Origin: Deltaproteobacteria bacterium UBA4427
GTDB lineage: Bacteria; Myxococcota_A; UBA9160; UBA4427
DNA: 44,757 nucleotides
Reading direction: 5' to 3'
Assembly (NCBI GenBank): GCA_963854795.1
Contig: CAWLAJ010000002.1
Location: 1-44,757 of the forward strand
Below are positions 37,142 through 44,757 of this stretch, piece after piece. Under the pieces are notes generated by a model. It did no database searches. It had not been told where the DNA came from and worked only from the letters and a program-made list of their open reading frames with translations. The position numbers and the translations under genes are program-made. The stretch's first letter is position 1. Every line of letters begins with the position of its first letter.

Positions 37142-39285
<2,144 letters not shown>

Positions 39286-39320
39286 AGCTCGCGCGTTTGG
39301 TCTAGGGGGCTGAGAGTCAG

Positions 39321-40637
39321 ATGAATATCACGGTCATCGGTACCGGCTACGTAGGTCTGGTTACGGGCGCCTGCTTTGCGGAGTTCGGCGTACAGGTCAC
39401 TTGCGTCGACAAGGTTCAGGAAAAGATCGAAGCGCTCGAGCGCGGCGAAATCCCGATCTATGAACCAGGACTGGACGAGATCGTCGCGCGGAACGTTCGT
39501 GGCGGCAGACTCTCCTTTTCGACCGACGTCGGGGAAGCCATCGATCGGGCGCTCATCATCTTCATCGCAGTCGGGACGCCGCCGTCCGACGACGGCAGCA
39601 CGGATCTCCGTTTCGTCGAAGCCGTCGCCCGAGAAGTCGGCCAGAGAATCGACAGCTACAAGGTCATCGTCACGAAGAGCACGGTTCCGGTCGGAACTTC
39701 CGACAAGGTTCGGGGCTGGGTGCAAGAAGAGCTCGACCGGCGAGGCGGCAAGGTCCGTTTCAGCGTTGCTTCGAACCCCGAGTTCCTGCGTGAAGGAGCC
39801 GCGATCGGCGACTTCATGCGTCCCGACCGCGTCGTGATCGGAACCGATGAAGGGGACGATCATGCGATCGCGATCATGAAGGATCTCTATCGGCCTCTCT
39901 ATCTGAACGAAACGCCCTTCGTCGAGACGGACATCCATACGGCGGAGCTCGCCAAATACGCTGCCAACGCATTCCTGGCGACCAAGATTTCGTTCATCAA
40001 CGAGGTGTCGATTCTCTGTGAGGATATCGGCGGTGACGTGCAGGCGATCGCGCGAGCGATGGGACTGGATCGGCGCATCGGCAAGAAATTTCTCCACGCC
40101 GGACCGGGCTTCGGGGGTTCGTGCTTTCCGAAGGACACGCTGTCTGCGGCCTATTTTGCACGCGAGCTCGGCCATCAGTTCGAGATTGTCGAAGCGTCGA
40201 TTCGCGTCAATGAACGACAGCGAAAGAGAATGGTGGACAAGATCGTCTACGCCCTCGACGGAGACGCGAAGGACAAGGTGGTGGCGATCCTGGGTCTCTC
40301 CTTCAAACCCGAAACCGATGATATCCGTGAGGCACCCGCGATCTCGATCGTTCGAGGGCTGCTCGATCGGGGGGCTTCGATTCGCGCGTACGATCCCGCT
40401 GCCATGGCCGAAGCCGGTCGTCAGGTTCCCGAAATGGATCTCTGCAAGGACGTCTACGAAGCGCTCACCGGCGCCGACGTGATGGTCATCGTCACGGAGT
40501 GGAATGAGTTCAGGATGATCGACCTGCAGAGAGCCAAGGAAATCATGTCCGAACCGAAGATGGTCGATCTGCGAAACGTCTACGACCCGGCACGGACCGG
40601 CGAAGCGGGCTTCCAATATTGGAGCGTAGGGCGCTAG
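39321..40637 (+). CDS. ugd: UDP-glucose 6-dehydrogenase
   Basis: MNITVIGTGYVGLVTGACFAEFG, NPEFLREG, GFGGSCFPKD, LGLSFKPETDDIREAP. Confidence 0.95.
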   Translation: MNITVIGTGYVGLVTGACFAEFGVQVTCVDKVQEKIEALERGEIPIYEPGLDEIVARNVRGGRLSFSTDVGEAIDRALIIFIAVGTPPSDDGSTDLRFVEAVAREVGQRIDSYKVIVTKSTVPVGTSDKVRGWVQEELDRRGGKVRFSVASNPEFLREGAAIGDFMRPDRVVIGTDEGDDHAIAIMKDLYRPLYLNETPFVETDIHTAELAKYAANAFLATKISFINEVSILCEDIGGDVQAIARAMGLDRRIGKKFLHAGPGFGGSCFPKDTLSAAYFARELGHQFEIVEASIRVNERQRKRMVDKIVYALDGDAKDKVVAILGLSFKPETDDIREAPAISIVRGLLDRGASIRAYDPAAMAEAGRQVPEMDLCKDVYEALTGADVMVIVTEWNEFRMIDLQRAKEIMSEPKMVDLRNVYDPARTGEAGFQYWSVGR

Positions 40638-40722
40638 CTACGATCGACCTCGACTGAAGGCGGCGATCTGGCCCATTGCGTCTGGAGGACGTTGGAATAT
40701 TCGCCCACTATCGGCATCAAAC

Positions 40723-40738
40723 TGTGATATTGGTCACT
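40723..40738. promoter_or_regulatory. CRP/Clp-type binding site TGTGA-TATTGG-TCACT upstream of the Crp/Fnr-family gene
   Basis: Read directly. It matches 9 of 10 core positions of TGTGA-N6-TCACA. It sits in an AT-rich patch 147 nt upstream of ATG 40885. Confidence 0.5.
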
Positions 40739-40884
40739 AAGTCAAAGTGGCTTTCCGACGTACGATCCCAAGCGAGTCGTCGAGCCGCCCTCGATCCCGA
40801 AGCCGGGCCGAGGCGCGTGCGCCGACGACCGGGCAGGGCAACTACGGGTTCGGCGCGAGACGCCGATCCAGACGAGGTTCTTCG

Positions 40885-41562
40885 ATGAATACAATTCCGA
40901 TGGTCCGGAAGGAGGTCGTGGACTCGCTTCGCTCGATTCCGCTCTTCAACCGAGTTTCTGAGGGCGACCTCGAAGAGCTGGCCACTCACTTGATCGAGCG
41001 GCGATTTCCGAAGAACGCCACCGTCGTCGAAGAAGGCTTGCCCGGCGACTACATGTACGTGATTCGTTCGGGGCGCGCGAAGGTGACCAAAGCCTCTGAA
41101 GATGGACGCGAAAAGATCATGAACTTTCTCGAGACCGGCGCGTTCTTCGGGGATATGGCGCTACTCGGTGATGAGGCCCGATCGGCGAGCGTGAAGACGC
41201 TCGAAGAATCTGTATTGCTGGCGCTTTCGCGCCGGGACTTCATCGATCTCTTGCGACAGAGCCCCGATCTTGCGCTGGCGGTGATCGAAGAACTCGCGAA
41301 CCGATTGCGCGAGACAAATGAACAGGCGCGCTCGCTCTCATTCCAGGGCGTCGAAGAGCGAACGCGAAATCTCTTCGAGCGCATTGCACTGCCGGACGAC
41401 ACACATGAAGGATGCCGGCTCACCCCCGTGCTCACCCACCAGCAGATCGCAGACATGGTCGGGACTTCGCGGGAGACCGTGACGCGCTCGATCAAGCAAC
41501 TGAAGGAGTCTGGCTGGCTGTCCCAAGAGGGCAAGCGGTACGTGATTCCCGACGATCGCTGA
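40885..41562 (+). CDS. Crp/Fnr-family transcriptional regulator (cNMP-binding domain + C-terminal HTH)
   Basis: IPLFNRVSEGDLEELA..., YVIRSGRAKV, FFGDMALLGDEARSASVKT, and HTH THQQIADMVGTSRETVTRSIKQLKESGWL. The ATG at 40885 is chosen (GAGG upstream). The upstream part of the track ORF is Arg/Ser-rich junk. Confidence 0.88.
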   Translation: MNTIPMVRKEVVDSLRSIPLFNRVSEGDLEELATHLIERRFPKNATVVEEGLPGDYMYVIRSGRAKVTKASEDGREKIMNFLETGAFFGDMALLGDEARSASVKTLEESVLLALSRRDFIDLLRQSPDLALAVIEELANRLRETNEQARSLSFQGVEERTRNLFERIALPDDTHEGCRLTPVLTHQQIADMVGTSRETVTRSIKQLKESGWLSQEGKRYVIPDDR

Positions 41563-41778
41563 CCCGATCCCGGTCAGACGAGATCACCCAAAGCAAGCCA
41601 GGCCGCGGTCCACGCGCACGCATCGCGGGGGCAGGGCCTACGCCGTCTCGCCACGAGTCCGATCCCATCGGCAGCGCCGCGAATCCTGTGGCGTCGGCCC
41701 ATGGGATGACGCACTCTCTCGGCCCTATCTGATCCCCTCGGGTTCCGACCCCATGGCCGGCTACAAAGGACTCATCTG

Positions 41779-44343
41779 ATGTTTTCGCGCAACTCTCGGC
41801 GTTTTCAAAACGTAGTTTTAGTTCTCATCGCTTTGGGTTTCGGTCTGGTTGTCCTGGGCGGATGTTCGAGCGATGAGGATCGCGTCGCCGAGTTCCTCGA
41901 GCGAGCTGAGAATTACGTCGAGAACGACCAGCCTGAGGAAGCGATCATCGAGTTCAAGAATGTGCTCCAGATCGAACCCGAGAACTCGACCGCTCACGAA
42001 GCACTTTCACTCGCCTATTTGAAGGTGCGGAAACCTCGGGAAGCCTACTGGGAAATGTCCGAGACCGTTCGCCTCGATCCCGAGAACGTCGAAGCCCGCC
42101 TGCGATACGGAACGATTTCGGCGGCGATCCGGGATTTCGACCTGTCCTCGGAACAAGCCAACGCCGTGCTTCAGCTCGATCCGACGAATTCGGCGGCTTT
42201 CGTCCTGCGCGCCCAGGCACGCGAGTCGCGCGACGATCTGTCCGGGGCCGAGTCCGATTTCCAGACCGCGATCGAGAACGAGCCGGACGGGGCCGCGTTT
42301 CGCTTTCTGATCAGCGGTTTCTACGAACGCCGTGGTCGACTCGATGAATCGGAGAAGAGGCTTCGCGAGTTGGTCGAAATCGAGGAGAGTTATCTCGCCG
42401 TTTCCTCGCTGTCCCGGATGCTGATTCGCAGGCGTGCTCCCGATGAAGAAATCGAGGCCACCCTCAAGCGAAGCGTAGAGCTCGCGGGCCAAGCACCCAA
42501 AGAGAGACCCGAAAACGAACTGGATGGACAGAGTTTTAACACCGGCTTGCGCTCGAATGTTCTGCGCGAAGACGCCATTCGGGCTTCCTATCTGATTCTT
42601 GCCGGCTTCTATTTTGATCGCGACCAATTCGACAAGACCATCGAGGTTCTCGAAGAAGCGGTCGGCCTCAGCGAGACGAAGGTCGAATTGATCTACCAGA
42701 TGGCGAGTTTCTATCGCTTAAAGGGAATGATCGACAAAGAAGACGAGTTGATCCGTCGAGCGACGAAGGAGTCGCCGGACAGCGTGTCCGCGCATCTGGT
42801 CCTGTCTGCGTATATCGGGCGTGAGGGCGACTTCGCCGGCGCACTCCAAGCGGCCCGTGACGCCGTCGCCATCGAGCCGGACAACCGTTCGGCCCAATTG
42901 CGCGAAGCAGAGTTGTTAGTCGAAATCGGCTACCGCGATTCGGACAGCGAGCAGATTCAAGCCGGGCGGGCGATCGTCGACAAGATCCTCGAAGCTGAGC
43001 CGGACAGTCCTGAGGGCCATTTCGTTCGGGCCAAGGTCGAGCTGTCGAACGGTGAGATCGACGCTGCGAAGGAATCGCTCGAGACGGTCTTGCAGGCTCG
43101 ACCGAATTGGTCCCAGGCTCGATACGCCTTGGGCTCGGCGCTCGCCGCGTCGGGAGAGCTCAGTCGAGCGCGGGTTGAACTCGCGCGCGCTGTCGAGATC
43201 GATCCGCAGATGTCCATTGCGCGAAAACTCCTGGTGAAATTGCATGCCCAGCTCGGCGAGCATGAATTCGCAATCGAATTGGGCCGCGAATACCTGCAGC
43301 GACACGCCGATGACATCCAGATCCGCATCATCGTTGGGCAGAGCTTGATCCGCGTCGGCCGCGGAGAAGACGCTTATGCCGAGGTCGAGAAGATTCCCGA
43401 GGAGGATCGGGACGCCGCAGCGCTCTTTGCATTGGGCCGACTCGATCTCGCCTTCGGGCGCATCGAACTTGGCGCCAAGCGGCTTCGCCGAGCCGACGAG
43501 CTCGATCCTGGGAACCCGCAAGTCTTGCGCGAACTGCTGAATATCGATCGTGCGAACGACACGCTCGACGATTCGATCGCGCGGATCGCCCGGGCCATCG
43601 AAGCGAATCCGAACGAGTCGGAAATCGCGGAGATCGACGCCGAGGTCAAGATGTCCGGCGGCGATGAGGAGGGGGCCCGCGCGGCCCTCGAGCGGGCGAT
43701 CGAACTCGAATCACGCAATGTGACCGCGCAGCTTTCACTGGCCGCACTCGAAGGCCGGGCTGGCAATGTCGATGGCATGATCGCCGTCATGGAGCGCGCA
43801 GCCGTCGCGGTCCCCGAATCCGCAGACCTTCAATATCGGCTGGCCTTGGCCTACGAACGGAATGGTCAACGCGCCCAGGCCGTCGATTCCTACGAAAGAT
43901 CGATCTCGCTCAATACCGATCTGGCGGCCGCCAAGAACAATCTGGCCTACCTGCTGACGGAATCGGGAGGTGATCTCGATCGCGCGCTCGAACTCGCTCA
44001 GCAGGCGAAAGAACAGTTGCCAGACGATGCCAATTCTTCCGACACGCTGGGCTGGGTCTTGCTCAAACGCGGTGTTCCGTCGGCCGCGATTGGATATCTC
44101 GAAGAGGCGGCGGAACGCTTCCCGACCACCGCGATCGAGGCCCAAGGCATCGTGCGAAACCATCTCGCCGAGGCCTATGAGAAGAATTCCGAGGCCGACA
44201 AGGCCGTCGCCGAAAGCCGAAAATCGGTCGACTATTTCGATCGACTCTCGAAGGCGGCCGAGGAGCGGGGAATCGAGTTCGACGAGCCAGGCTGGGTGCA
44301 GGAAGCACGTGCGCGCATCACGCGACTCGAGGCGGCGTCCTGA
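41779..44343 (+). CDS. prsT: TPR-repeat lipoprotein, PEP-CTERM-system PrsT-like
   Basis: Lipobox VVLGGC at the N-terminus. TPR-like A/L/Y-patterned repeats run the whole length (e.g. AIIEFKNVLQIEPENSTAHEALSLAYLK; AVDSYERSISLNTDLAAAKNNLAYLL). Size and locus context fit the PEP-CTERM TPR lipoprotein family. Confidence 0.75.
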   Translation: MFSRNSRRFQNVVLVLIALGFGLVVLGGCSSDEDRVAEFLERAENYVENDQPEEAIIEFKNVLQIEPENSTAHEALSLAYLKVRKPREAYWEMSETVRLDPENVEARLRYGTISAAIRDFDLSSEQANAVLQLDPTNSAAFVLRAQARESRDDLSGAESDFQTAIENEPDGAAFRFLISGFYERRGRLDESEKRLRELVEIEESYLAVSSLSRMLIRRRAPDEEIEATLKRSVELAGQAPKERPENELDGQSFNTGLRSNVLREDAIRASYLILAGFYFDRDQFDKTIEVLEEAVGLSETKVELIYQMASFYRLKGMIDKEDELIRRATKESPDSVSAHLVLSAYIGREGDFAGALQAARDAVAIEPDNRSAQLREAELLVEIGYRDSDSEQIQAGRAIVDKILEAEPDSPEGHFVRAKVELSNGEIDAAKESLETVLQARPNWSQARYALGSALAASGELSRARVELARAVEIDPQMSIARKLLVKLHAQLGEHEFAIELGREYLQRHADDIQIRIIVGQSLIRVGRGEDAYAEVEKIPEEDRDAAALFALGRLDLAFGRIELGAKRLRRADELDPGNPQVLRELLNIDRANDTLDDSIARIARAIEANPNESEIAEIDAEVKMSGGDEEGARAALERAIELESRNVTAQLSLAALEGRAGNVDGMIAVMERAAVAVPESADLQYRLALAYERNGQRAQAVDSYERSISLNTDLAAAKNNLAYLLTESGGDLDRALELAQQAKEQLPDDANSSDTLGWVLLKRGVPSAAIGYLEEAAERFPTTAIEAQGIVRNHLAEAYEKNSEADKAVAESRKSVDYFDRLSKAAEERGIEFDEPGWVQEARARITRLEAAS

Positions 44344-44348
44344 ACTGA

Positions 44349-44403
44349 GGCCAGCGGTCTGGCCGAACCGACCCAGCTCTAGAGATGGCGGCCCCTGGCC
44401 GCC
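44349..44403 (+). terminator. Two GC-rich hairpins after the TPR gene (GGCCAG-cggt-CTGGCC; GGCGGCC-cct-GGCCGCC), with no U-tract
   Basis: Read directly at 44349-44364 and 44387-44403. The lack of a T-run makes intrinsic-terminator function uncertain. Confidence 0.3.
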
Positions 44404-44594
44404 CTGGCTCTGGAGCCCACGCGACAACCTTGATTCCCGCGGGTGGGGATCCCTGCGGCCCCCTCCCCAGGTTCAAGAGAACGCCTGCGCACACCGATAG
44501 ATTCGCCGAGGGGATCGTGCGTCCGAGTCCGGGCGAACGGCCTCTACCGGCATCGGATCGGGAGATTGCCCCGGTTCGGTTCATGGAGGAATAC

Positions 44595-44757
44595 ATGCGA
44601 CGCATTCAAGTTCTCTTTCTCGCAGCGGTCTTCGCATCGGCGTCCGCTGTGGCTCTCGCCGAGACACCGTCGGAAGATTTACAGACGCCTTCGGCGGACG
44701 ACGGCGACTCGGTCGCGGGCGAAGGCGCTGCGCCAGCGCCGTCCGATGAGGCCGTCG
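44595..44757 (+). CDS. Secreted protein, N-terminal fragment (runs off the window end; not in the ORF track)
   Basis: GGAGGAATAC precedes ATG 44595. The translation is MRRIQVLFLAAVFASASAVALAETPSEDLQTPSADDGDSVAGEGAAPAPSDEAV: a classic signal peptide with an A-x-A cleavage context, followed by an acidic/Pro-rich segment. Confidence 0.6.
   Translation, partial: MRRIQVLFLAAVFASASAVALAETPSEDLQTPSADDGDSVAGEGAAPAPSDEAV

Noticed and set aside
41563-41778. GGGTTCCGACCC segment resembling a tRNA T-arm upstream of prsT
   Set aside because: The loop is 6 nt rather than the canonical 7-nt TTCRANY. No acceptor, D-arm or anticodon-arm complementarity is found around it, so it is not a tRNA.

Overview
This is a visibly GC-rich bacterial chromosomal window. 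I recognised no rRNA, tRNA, CRISPR array, transposase or integrase. About 41 protein genes can be supported.

Positions 1-23.2 kb are mostly housekeeping:
- a divergent pair of a Trm9-like SAM methyltransferase (partial, absent from the ORF track) and a full-length bacterial Elp3;
- two tandem HtrA/DegP proteases, then thiS-thiG-thiE, alr, purH-purD, tsaC, DUF1015, DciA (DUF721) and a small 4-Cys zinc-ribbon ORF;
- the rpsP-KH-rimM-trmD-rplS operon, whose textbook intrinsic terminator lies inside the coding sequence of the convergent yraN;
- rsmI, translationally coupled to a leaderless heparinase II/III-like gene, and ligA.

Positions 23.3 kb to the end hold an accessory exosortase / PEP-CTERM-type exopolysaccharide locus:
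- a sensor-less histidine kinase with a sigma-54 enhancer-binding response regulator;
- a minus-strand wecB-exosortase-epsI-GT4 operon;
- a 512-bp AT-rich divergent control region;
- a second, paralogous sigma-54 response regulator heading a roughly 10-kb operon: Wza-like exporter, beta-barrel OMP, Wzz-like co-polymerase, ExeA-like ATPase, split BY-kinase, WecA/MraY-family transferase, gmd and ugd;
- a Crp/Fnr-family regulator preceded by a near-consensus TGTGA-N6-TCAC site, a PrsT-like TPR lipoprotein, and the 5' end of a secreted protein.

The most interesting points are the Elp3/Trm9-like pair, the non-canonical regulatory wiring of the exosortase locus (no membrane PrsK-type sensor, two EBPs, an embedded CRP-like regulator, several perfect palindromes) and the terminator embedded in yraN. 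I see no defence system or mobile element. All functional calls rest on motif recognition by eye, not on database searches.
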